This document shows positions 27,848 to 35,644 of a stretch of 64,000 nt of DNA, one piece after another. The DNA comes from Bacilli bacterium (GTDB taxonomy: Bacteria > Bacillota_I > Bacilli_A > RFN20 > CAG-826): positions 4,656 to 68,655 of the forward strand of contig JBAZHG010000003.1 of the NCBI GenBank assembly GCA_041652475.1, written 5' to 3'. The notes under the pieces are model-generated. The model did no database searches, had not been told where the DNA came from, and saw only the letters and a program-made list of their open reading frames with translations. The stretch's first letter is position 1. Every line of letters begins with the position of its first letter. A program made the position numbers and the translations under genes.

Positions 27848-28729
27848 ATGAGTATGAACACTTCTTTAAAAAGAAAAATCCAATTATTCGCGACGATGAT
27901 GTCGTTGTCGCTTTCGCTGACGTCTTTCCTATATTTAAGCTACGCCTGGTTCACGAGCCAACGGCTCCATCAAACCCACATCATGGAAATCACCACCGAG
28001 GGCGGCCTCGAATACGCCATCAAGTATTATGATGGCAATTACAACACCCGCGACATCACAACCGGAACCAACTCCGGTTATCAAAGCCCGGCATCGCTCG
28101 TCAATCCGCTCGATCGGCTGGGCGTCAGCGATTATGAGGCCGAGTTCGATTTGATCACCCCCGAAATGATCGCCCCCGAATCGACGTCCAACCCCCTCCT
28201 TGTCGTCGACATCTATCCCGGCATCCAATACACCTTTGCGGTCGAAGTCACCAGTCAACTGGCGATGGAGCGCAACGTCGAATTCATCCTCAAGGAATTC
28301 ACGGCCCTGGGCGCCAGCAACGCGCGCGACAGCACTTCCGGCGACCCGATTTCACTAAGCAGCGCCATCGACATTTACGCGACGGCGATCGACACCCAGG
28401 ATATGACCGCCGGACAAGTGACCGCGGCTGCCCACGCCTTCGTGCAGGACTTGGCTCCGGTCGACCTGTTCGATAACGACAGCCAGGGTGGTTTGGTCTA
28501 TATTCCGCTAGTCGAGGACACTTTGGCCCCGATTGAAGGAGAAGACGAAAACAAAATCGTATTTTTGTTCACAATCAAGTTCTCGGACAGCTCCGATTCC
28601 TTTTATCGCTGGGTCTCTTATTCAAGCGGGATCAACTACTACGAAAAGAGTCCGCTCGGCAACTCCAACGTCTATCAAGCCAAGTCGTTTACCATTAACG
28701 AATTTTTGGTCCACGTCAAGGAACAGTGA
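27848..28729 (+). CDS. Secreted protein with a SipW-cognate signal peptide; locus protein C
   Basis: N-terminus ...SLSLTSFLYLSYAWFTSQ. Acidic, Thr/Ser-rich, with no Cys. Confidence 0.7.
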   Translation: MSMNTSLKRKIQLFATMMSLSLSLTSFLYLSYAWFTSQRLHQTHIMEITTEGGLEYAIKYYDGNYNTRDITTGTNSGYQSPASLVNPLDRLGVSDYEAEFDLITPEMIAPESTSNPLLVVDIYPGIQYTFAVEVTSQLAMERNVEFILKEFTALGASNARDSTSGDPISLSSAIDIYATAIDTQDMTAGQVTAAAHAFVQDLAPVDLFDNDSQGGLVYIPLVEDTLAPIEGEDENKIVFLFTIKFSDSSDSFYRWVSYSSGINYYEKSPLGNSNVYQAKSFTINEFLVHVKEQ

Positions 28730-28877
28730 AAAAAATCGTTGATGATTTCACAATTTGAAGAAGCGAAAAAAACGCGTCAAAGACGATCTTATTCTTTATA
28801 AGAAACGTGCGTGGATTATGCGTGCACGAGGGCAAAAAGAGCCCTAAAATAATTTTGAAAAATCGTAATCAAAATAC

Positions 28878-28906
28878 TTGCATTCGAAAAAAGGCATGCT
28901 TATACT
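28878..28906 (+). promoter_or_regulatory. Sigma-A-type promoter (TTGCAT-17-TATACT) for protein D
   Basis: Hexamers at 28878-28883 and 28901-28906. They leave a structured 5' UTR of about 140 nt. Confidence 0.55.
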
Positions 28907-29054
28907 ATAGGTGCCAATACAACAACATTGCCCCCTCAATGATTGCATGTGATTAGCGAAATTGCCCGTTAATTCATTGGCTTGGACCCATTACCCAGGC
29001 CGTAAACTCTTCCGAAAAATCGGGAGGGAAATCCAGAGGAGGATTTTTGTCATT

Positions 29055-29933
29055 ATGAAGACCACCAATAAATTACTGCTCTCAGCTTCCGCGATGTTAG
29101 TCCTCAGCGCCGGCGCCATGGTCACCGGAACCGTTGCTTGGTTTACCGCTACCCGTCAAATCGATGTCAATTTCTCGAACGTCAAAGTCATGACGACCCA
29201 AGCTGATTTGGCCGTCGAACTTGTCGGCACCGCTTATACCGCCACTCCTTCGCAAGGCGTCCTGGACATCTCAGGTGTCGATAGCACCGCCACCGATATT
29301 TCCGGCGACGGCGTCAACTTCTACAAGCCCGTTTGGGACGTTGACGAAGGCGTCACCGCCCTTGCCATTGACGACGTTACCGATTTATCTACTTATGAAG
29401 GATATTACGTAGAATTCCAGTTGAAAATCTCCCGTCTCAATCCGACCCCTGAAAATGGTTTCATGGTTTACTTGGGTGAAAACACCGCCATTGAACCGAT
29501 GACCACTGGAGATGCAGACGTTGCCGCGGCTGATTCCGCCCGCGTCGCCATCCTTAACTCCGCCAAGACCACCCGCAAAATCGTGTGGACTCCCGATACC
29601 GACGATAGCACCTATCAATACCTGGACTCCGTCGTTAGCGAAGAAGCTTATGGAGTTGATGACTTCGATTTAGTGTCCTATCCGGCCGAATCTACAACTG
29701 TCGATGATTTCTTAGTTGGTGATTTTGTGAAGCACGATACAATTGTTTCTACCACTGGTCACTCAGGTGGTAACTCCCCAGTCATCGCCGACTTGTCCAA
29801 TCCGACAAATTTCGAAATCATTACCGTCCGCATTTGGATTGAAGGTACTGATGAAGATACGGAAGAGAATACCGCCAAAGAAGGACAATTCACCATTACT
29901 TTGGATCTCTACTCAATGGGATTCTCAATCTAA
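29055..29933 (+). CDS. Candidate major fibre subunit, TasA-like SipW substrate; locus protein D
   Basis: Start at MKTTNKLLL, with GGAGG 12 nt upstream. Signal ...SAGAMVTGTVAWFTATRQ. C-terminal motif VRIWIEGTDEDT. Monocistronic, sitting between its own promoter and a strong terminator. Confidence 0.7.
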   Translation: MKTTNKLLLSASAMLVLSAGAMVTGTVAWFTATRQIDVNFSNVKVMTTQADLAVELVGTAYTATPSQGVLDISGVDSTATDISGDGVNFYKPVWDVDEGVTALAIDDVTDLSTYEGYYVEFQLKISRLNPTPENGFMVYLGENTAIEPMTTGDADVAAADSARVAILNSAKTTRKIVWTPDTDDSTYQYLDSVVSEEAYGVDDFDLVSYPAESTTVDDFLVGDFVKHDTIVSTTGHSGGNSPVIADLSNPTNFEIITVRIWIEGTDEDTEENTAKEGQFTITLDLYSMGFSI

Positions 29934-29989
29934 CAATCGATAGCTTAACTGCAAAAAACATCTGATTTACTAGTCTGATAAATAGAAAA

Positions 29990-30032
29990 GTCAGGGAAAA
30001 TCGCGCAAACGATTTACACCCTGGCTTTTTTT
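29990..30032 (+). terminator. Strong rho-independent terminator after protein D
   Basis: Compound stem gtcaggg..aaatcg / cgattt..ccctggc followed by TTTTTTT. Confidence 0.8.
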
Positions 30033-30113
30033 GTGTAGTATGAGGATTGGATAAAAAAACGTAATTTTTTATTACCATTATGTTATTATTTATTACATCA
30101 GGCGGAATATTTA

Positions 30114-30512
30114 ATGGAAAATGCTAGCAATAAGCCTAATAAGCGCGTCATCAATCTTGTTTTGACGATTGTCGAAATCGTCGTCATCGCCGTCTTGCTG
30201 ACCATCTCCTTGGTGGCCATGTTCACTCTCGAATCGAATACGGCCCCGGCCAACTGGTTCATGAAGTTCATTTTCTTCCTCCAGACCCAGACCATCTGGT
30301 TCTTCATCCTGATCGTCTTGCCGTTGATCGCTTTCTTCCTTTTCAATGGTTATCTACTGTTCCGAGTGATTTATAACGAGAAGGCCTCCAAGCCGGCCCC
30401 CGTCGTCGAAACCGTCGACAAGCAAGCCATGATCGAGGAAGCCAAGCGCCAGCTGCGCGAAGAGCTCTTGAAAGAAATAAAGAGCAAAGAATCCGAGAAA
30501 CCGAGCGAATAA
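30114..30512 (+). CDS. Small membrane protein (2-3 TM) with a charged amphipathic C-terminal tail; locus protein E
   Basis: 132 aa. The tail EEAKRQLREELLKEIK resembles the SipW tail. Confidence 0.6.
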   Translation: MENASNKPNKRVINLVLTIVEIVVIAVLLTISLVAMFTLESNTAPANWFMKFIFFLQTQTIWFFILIVLPLIAFFLFNGYLLFRVIYNEKASKPAPVVETVDKQAMIEEAKRQLREELLKEIKSKESEKPSE

Positions 30513-30532
30513 AGTCCCTTAAGGGACTTTTT
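30511..30532 (+). terminator. Rho-independent terminator after protein E
   Basis: aagtccc-ttaa-gggactt hairpin followed by a T-run. Confidence 0.75.
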
Positions 30533-30563
30533 CTTAATGATGATATTTTTTCAATCAATTTTG

Positions 30564-30591
30564 TTGACATCGACAAGCAGATGATTATAAT
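30564..30591 (+). promoter_or_regulatory. Consensus sigma-A promoter (TTGACA-16-TATAAT) driving riboswitch 2
   Basis: TTGACA at 30564-30569 and TATAAT at 30586-30591. Confidence 0.75.
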
Positions 30592-30605
30592 TGTAGGTGG
30601 AAAAG

Positions 30606-30680
30606 AGCAAAACTAGGGAAACCTAGCGACGCAAAGCTAAAGGGCCTGTACTCGAATAGAGGGATGGTAGCCAGTTGCCT
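30606..30680 (+). promoter_or_regulatory. c-di-GMP-I (GEMM-I) riboswitch aptamer, copy 2
   Basis: Hairpin CTAGG-GAAA-CCTAG (30613-30626), then GCGACGCAAAGCTAAAGGGCC ... GGTAGCCAGTTGCC. The cores are identical to copy 1. Confidence 0.8.
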
Positions 30681-30716
30681 AACGCGGAATAAGAACCGAC
30701 TTATCCGATCCCGGGC

Positions 30717-30741
30717 AATGATTGGTTAACCATCGTTTTTT
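30717..30741 (+). terminator. Candidate intrinsic terminator in the riboswitch-2 leader
   Basis: aatgattgg-ttaa-ccatcgtt (one bulge) followed by TTTTTT. The upstream GGCAA..TGG can pair instead with the aptamer 3' strand CCAGTTGCC. Confidence 0.5.
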
Positions 30742-30837
30742 ATTCCAAGGGGCTTTCCAGGGACGAATTTTCGTTCCTATGGGAGGTTACCACAGGTGAT
30801 TTGGCCAGCGTCTATATTAATGGGATAGACCATGCTG

Positions 30838-30870
30838 AACACCGGTGGAAACGATTCTAGCGGTGTTTTT
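30838..30870 (+). terminator. Second terminator-like hairpin in the same leader
   Basis: Perfect 7-bp stem aacaccg/cggtgtt with a 16-nt loop, followed by TTTT. Confidence 0.4.
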
Positions 30871-30908
30871 AATTAACATCGCCGCTGTTGGAAGGAGGAT
30901 GGCTCGTA

Positions 30909-31772
30909 ATGACGTATACCGAAAAGTATGCAGCTAGAAGGCGTCGAAGAATTTTCGCCTCGTTCATGCTTCTGGTATCAACAATTGCGATCGTCACCTT
31001 TATCCTCATCGCCTACTTAGGCAACGAAGTCGGACGCTACACGATTCAACTCAAGAGCAACAATACCCAGCTCACGATGGATTACTCGCGCGACTTCACC
31101 CGACCGACCACGCTATTAAGAGCCGACAGCCTCGAAAAAGTCTATCCGATCATGGCCGACAGTTTGCCGGAAGATGACGAGATCGACAATCAGGCGGGTT
31201 CCCACAACGGGGAATATCGGGATCAATACGACGAATTTGTTTACTCCTTGTACTTCGCCTATACCTTCTTCGTGAAGAATACGGGCGACACCCCGGCCGA
31301 CTATCAAGTCTGGGTGCGGTTGAAAACCTCGACTTCCGGCAATGCCGATGAAATGTCGATCGATGAATACGTCCGGGTTCGCATCTACGAAAACAGCGAC
31401 AACGGGACGGGCGAAGCCCTGACCCACGACAGTCGCACGATGGCTAAACGAACCAATCAAATCATCTACGACGACGAGAATCAACCTGAATACCGCGAAT
31501 GCGTAGCCCGCACGAGCGAAGACTACCGGACGTGTACGGCGAATAAGACGATTAACGCCCAACGCGCCGAAGAATTCCTGAATGTCCAAGAAATCACGCG
31601 CTATGAAATAACCGGGTTCGCCCCGCAAGCCGTCATGCGCTACACGATCGTCGTTTGGCTTGAAGGCGACGACCCCGATTGCCGGGGTCAAATTCCGACG
31701 AACGCCTCATTGGAGTTCTCGATGGACATCTCCTCGTTCTCGGAAGACGAAAGTTCCTCGATATCTGAATGA
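30909..31772 (+). CDS. N-terminally anchored or SipW-processed paralogue; locus protein F
   Basis: Start at MTYTEK, with GGAGG 10 nt upstream. RRRRR followed by a TM ending IAYLGNE. FFVKNTGDTP is a TasA-like F-x-N-x-G strand. Also carries the VVWLEGDDPDC motif. Confidence 0.65.
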   Translation: MTYTEKYAARRRRRIFASFMLLVSTIAIVTFILIAYLGNEVGRYTIQLKSNNTQLTMDYSRDFTRPTTLLRADSLEKVYPIMADSLPEDDEIDNQAGSHNGEYRDQYDEFVYSLYFAYTFFVKNTGDTPADYQVWVRLKTSTSGNADEMSIDEYVRVRIYENSDNGTGEALTHDSRTMAKRTNQIIYDDENQPEYRECVARTSEDYRTCTANKTINAQRAEEFLNVQEITRYEITGFAPQAVMRYTIVVWLEGDDPDCRGQIPTNASLEFSMDISSFSEDESSSISE

Positions 31773-31800
31773 TATTTAAAATGAAAGGCAAAATGAATTT

Positions 31801-32949
31801 ATGAAAAACAACAAACGAATCGCTATCGCCGCCGCCACCTTTGGAATCGCCGCTTTAGCGATGGGAGGCAGCACCTTCGCCTGGTTCCAAGTGGCGAACA
31901 CTGCCAACTTAGCTCTTGAAGGGACCGTCGTCGGAGTTGACAACAATCTCGACGTTGGTTTTAAGACGACTAATCCGGTGGACGGATTTGCCGCTTTAGG
32001 TCTAGATTTTGACGGAGAATTGAGCACCGTCGTGGCGTCTCCGCTTGATCCCGAAGCGCCGGTTTACCCTGATGAGTACGAAGACTTCGTCTACTGGGCG
32101 CCCCACAGCGTCAACTCCGGCATCATGGCGGCCGTGATTGAAGCTTCCGGCTTCAACTCCAGCAATATCTTGAACACGATTACTTCGGGTTCGTTCGACC
32201 GCGACGCGGTCGTCGCCGAAGAAATCCTTCCTCTATACTTGCGTCCGGAATTCGATGCCAACCGCACCGAGCGCTACGTCGCTATCGACAGCGTCGCCCC
32301 GACGACCAGTTATGTCGGATTCTCGATTCTGTTCCGAGCCCTCGACGAAGAACTTGAAGGGGTGGAAACCGCCATCTACTTCGACGAAGGCACCCAAGTA
32401 GCCGCCAGCAAGAACGCCGTCGGCGCCCTGCGGGTCGGCTTTGACAACGGGATCCGTCCCGACATCATCAAACCGAGCGCCGTTGCGGCCGACTCGATTG
32501 CCGTTGGCGGCGTCATGGATCTCAATGGCGACGGTGCCAATGACTACACGCTCCAACAATACGACGAAGTGACGGCCTTGCCGCTTCCGCTTTACGAAGT
32601 CGCTTATGGCGAATTCGACGAAGTCCTCGTCAATGGGGATTGGGACGATGAAGCTGAAGATGCTGGCGTCACTCCGAGCCGGCTCAGCAATGACAAGTTC
32701 TACGAAGGCGAGACGGCTACGGGCGTCAACGCTTTCTTGTCCGGCGCCAAGGCCTTGACCGCCGATTTCAACACCTTTGCCGCCTACAGCGCGACCGGCA
32801 CCCCGATCGCGACCACTGATGACACGACCGGCATCGCCGAAGTCGACTTCATGATGTGGCTCGAAGGCTGGGATTTGGCCGCGGTCAATTCCATCTCCAA
32901 CGCCAAAGTCGGCGCGGCCCTGGCCTTCATCGCTCCGGATCTCTACTAA
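31801..32949 (+). CDS. TasA-like SipW substrate paralogue; locus protein G
   Basis: Signal ...AALAMGGSTFAWFQVANT. Motifs AIYFDEGTQV, ALRVGFDNG, MMWLEGWDLAAV. Confidence 0.7.
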   Translation: MKNNKRIAIAAATFGIAALAMGGSTFAWFQVANTANLALEGTVVGVDNNLDVGFKTTNPVDGFAALGLDFDGELSTVVASPLDPEAPVYPDEYEDFVYWAPHSVNSGIMAAVIEASGFNSSNILNTITSGSFDRDAVVAEEILPLYLRPEFDANRTERYVAIDSVAPTTSYVGFSILFRALDEELEGVETAIYFDEGTQVAASKNAVGALRVGFDNGIRPDIIKPSAVAADSIAVGGVMDLNGDGANDYTLQQYDEVTALPLPLYEVAYGEFDEVLVNGDWDDEAEDAGVTPSRLSNDKFYEGETATGVNAFLSGAKALTADFNTFAAYSATGTPIATTDDTTGIAEVDFMMWLEGWDLAAVNSISNAKVGAALAFIAPDLY

Positions 32950-33022
32950 TACTACTTTCTACCCGCTTTCATGATTGAAAGCCATCATAAATCATTTTAA
33001 ACATAACGAAGGGGGTGTGGCG

Positions 33023-34105
33023 ATGAACAGCCGTATTATTGAAAATGCCAAGCTTTCGCTCGCCACCCTCGCCTTCATAGCATCAGTCGGATCGCTGATC
33101 ATTGGCACGGTGGCGTGGTTTGCTTCTAGCAACTATCTCGAACTCGCCAACTTCAAAATCGCCATGGGCGAAGCCGAACAAGTGGAAATCGGACTGGTGG
33201 TTCCCGAAGGGAAACCCAATCTGGGCGAAGCCGAATCAATCGTCTATTACGAGACGGTCACCGACGAAATGCTCCTCAATCACGAATACTACCAGCCAGG
33301 GACGACCCTCAAAGCCGTTTCCAGCATGTTCCAGTCGCAATGGCTCTCCGAGGAAACCGACTTGACCGACCCGGATCTGTATCCGGTTCTGCGAAGCCAT
33401 TACCTCGCCAACCAATCGCGGACCGACAGCGTGGTGGCCCATAGCAACTTCTACCAATTCGAAATCTACATCCGATCGACCGTCCGCATCGACTTGTATC
33501 TGGACGAGGGCACCTATCTAATGGCCAATGAAACCAAGAACCAACAAGCCGCTTACAAATACGGTCTTGACGCGGCCAAACTGAACCAAGTCGACCAAGC
33601 GATGCGCGTCAGCTTTCTTACCCCCGAGCAATTCGCCATTTGGGAACCGAACACCGACGTGGTCGGCACGACCGAATTCGGCGGACGCCTCGACGTCTAT
33701 GACTACGACAACTACTTTGACTATGATTACGACACTAAGTTAGAATATATGTTTGGTGAGTATAACGCCGACGCCTATCTCGTCTATGACGAAAGCGCCC
33801 GAACCGTGGCTGTGACCGAATTCTCTTCTTTCGCGGCCAACACCGCCGAGGAAGCGATTCCGCTCAGCATTCCGATGTCGAAGCAAAACGGCCTCGTGAT
33901 CCAACGGGAATCGAGCGTGACCAAGCATTATCTGACCGATCAAACGAACCCCGATGCCGCTTTGATGCGCCTATATCCCAACGAACCGCAACGGATGGTC
34001 GTCACCGCCTACGCCGAAGGCTGGGATCGTGATACCACCAACGCCATCAACTTCGCCAACTTCTCGCTGAATCTCGTCTTCGGAGGCATTTACGCCCCCT
34101 TGTAA
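33023..34105 (+). CDS. TasA-like SipW substrate paralogue; locus protein H
   Basis: Start at MNSRIIEN, with GGGGGTG upstream. Signal ...GSLIIGTVAWFASSNY. Motifs DLYLDEGTYL, AMRVSFL, YAEGWDRDT. Confidence 0.7.
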   Translation: MNSRIIENAKLSLATLAFIASVGSLIIGTVAWFASSNYLELANFKIAMGEAEQVEIGLVVPEGKPNLGEAESIVYYETVTDEMLLNHEYYQPGTTLKAVSSMFQSQWLSEETDLTDPDLYPVLRSHYLANQSRTDSVVAHSNFYQFEIYIRSTVRIDLYLDEGTYLMANETKNQQAAYKYGLDAAKLNQVDQAMRVSFLTPEQFAIWEPNTDVVGTTEFGGRLDVYDYDNYFDYDYDTKLEYMFGEYNADAYLVYDESARTVAVTEFSSFAANTAEEAIPLSIPMSKQNGLVIQRESSVTKHYLTDQTNPDAALMRLYPNEPQRMVVTAYAEGWDRDTTNAINFANFSLNLVFGGIYAPL

Positions 34106-34132
34106 TCCTTAAAGATTGGAGTCCAATCGTCG

Positions 34133-35641
34133 ATGAGTGATTTCTTCCTTTACATCCGAATGATGTTCCAAGCCGTGTTTACCAACCTCGGGGCTTTTTT
34201 CAAGAAGGCCATCATCGATCCCTGGGGGACCGTGCCGACGCAATTCGTCTATTACAAGGATTATTTTGAAGAATACTCACCCGGATTTGGATTTTGGGGT
34301 TGGACCTTTTACATCCTCTTCCTATTGATAGTCTTAGCTTTTTTTGCCGCGTTGGTCTATCTATGCGTCCGATTGATCCGCCACTATGTGGCCAATTACG
34401 GATCCAAGGTCGAAAAAGCCAAGCTTATTGATCAAATCCAAAAGCTCAACTACGAATTGTTCATGGCCGTGAGCGAGAAAAACCGGCTCCTCAATTTGAA
34501 GATGGGTAACATCCCGATGCCGAAAGGCGAAGAAGACGAAGACCAAGAGGAAGACATCCGTTTCCCGAAGCTGATTGCCGTCGACCGCAAGTACGAGAAT
34601 TTGAACCTCACGATCGAAATCCCGGCCTCAGACGCGATCCCGCTCGACGAGATGGCGACCCGCTTCCGGGCCTTTGCCGCCTCGCAGCTCGGCCTCTATT
34701 ACGACATCGACCTGGTCCGGTTGATGTTCGCTGGCATGGGCACGACCAAAGTCATCATCCTGGAAGGTATCTCCGGCACCGGCAAAACTTCCTTTCCGTA
34801 CGCCCTTGGAAAATTCTTCCAAAACGACGCCCAGATTTGCTCGGTCCAGCCCTCGTGGCGCGACCGGAGCGAACTTTTGGGCTATTTTAACGAATTCACG
34901 AAGAAATTCAACGAAACCGACTTCTTGAAAGCGTTGTACGAAGCCTCGTGGCGCAAAGACAACAACATCATCGTCCTCGACGAAATGAACTTGGCTCGGA
35001 TCGAATACTATTTCGCCGAATTCCTCTCGATGATGGAAATGCCCGACTTCAGCGAATGGAAAATCGAGCTGATCAACAATCCGGACTCCGATGATCCCAA
35101 GAATCTCAACGAAGGCAAGCTTTTGATTCCCCAGAACGTCTGGTTCTTCGGCACGGCCAATAACGACGACTCGACTTTCTCGATCACCGACAAAGTCTAC
35201 GACCGGGCCGTCTCGATCACCTTCGAGCACATGGGCGAACCGTTCGACATCGAATTCAAGGAACCGGTCCTCATCACCTACGATTATATGAACGATTTGT
35301 TCGCCAAAGCGCGGACGAACTTCCCGATCAGCGCGAAGGCGCTCGAGAAATTCGACAAACTCGACGATTTGGTCTTGAGCAAGTTCAAAGTGGCCTTTGG
35401 AAACCGGACCATGAAGCAATTGAAAAGCTTCGCTCCGATCTACGTCGCCGCCGGAGGCACCGAGGTCGACGCCATCGACTTTATCTTCGCGACCAAGGTC
35501 TTGAAGAAGTTCGAAACCTTGAACGTCGCCTTCCTGCGGAACGAGCTCAAAGAGCTCCTGTCGGAAATCGACAAGCTCTTCGGCAAATCGGCCTTCCAGA
35601 AATCCAAGGCGTTCATCAATAACCTGATCAAGATGGGATAA
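34133..35641 (+). CDS. Membrane-anchored McrB-family (AAA_5) AAA+ NTPase; locus protein I
   Basis: One TM (WTFYILFLLIVLAFFAALVYLCV), then a coiled coil. Walker A GISGTGKTS, SVQPSWRDRSELLGYF, Walker B IIVLDEMNLARIEYYFAEFLSMME, and FFGTANNDDSTFSITDKVYDRA. These are all McrB-family hallmarks. Confidence 0.75.
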   Translation: MSDFFLYIRMMFQAVFTNLGAFFKKAIIDPWGTVPTQFVYYKDYFEEYSPGFGFWGWTFYILFLLIVLAFFAALVYLCVRLIRHYVANYGSKVEKAKLIDQIQKLNYELFMAVSEKNRLLNLKMGNIPMPKGEEDEDQEEDIRFPKLIAVDRKYENLNLTIEIPASDAIPLDEMATRFRAFAASQLGLYYDIDLVRLMFAGMGTTKVIILEGISGTGKTSFPYALGKFFQNDAQICSVQPSWRDRSELLGYFNEFTKKFNETDFLKALYEASWRKDNNIIVLDEMNLARIEYYFAEFLSMMEMPDFSEWKIELINNPDSDDPKNLNEGKLLIPQNVWFFGTANNDDSTFSITDKVYDRAVSITFEHMGEPFDIEFKEPVLITYDYMNDLFAKARTNFPISAKALEKFDKLDDLVLSKFKVAFGNRTMKQLKSFAPIYVAAGGTEVDAIDFIFATKVLKKFETLNVAFLRNELKELLSEIDKLFGKSAFQKSKAFINNLIKMG

Positions 35642-35644
35642 ACC

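Noticed and set aside
28828-28859. Terminator between gene C and the D promoter (agggc-aaaaaga-gccct), and the gtgaaa/tttcac hairpin at 28724-28755
   Set aside because: The stems are only 5-6 bp with poor or interrupted T-runs, which is too weak to call. Read-through from the A-B-C operon into D therefore cannot be excluded.
28962-29054. N-terminal extensions of track ORFs in the fibre locus (28962, 24486, 25372, 30888 and 32975 starts)
   Set aside because: Each extension uses a non-ATG start or lacks an SD, and runs through promoter, riboswitch or terminator sequence. In every case an internal ATG has a good SD and gives a canonical signal peptide of the form Lys/Arg patch, hydrophobic core, then AWF or AYL.
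30742-30837. A second (tandem) riboswitch aptamer or small ORF in the riboswitch-2 leader
   Set aside because: The region has no second GACGCAAAGC / GGTAGC core and no other aptamer signature that I recognise. Its only ORF is 6 codons long (MGGYHR). I leave it as unexplained leader sequence within finding 3.
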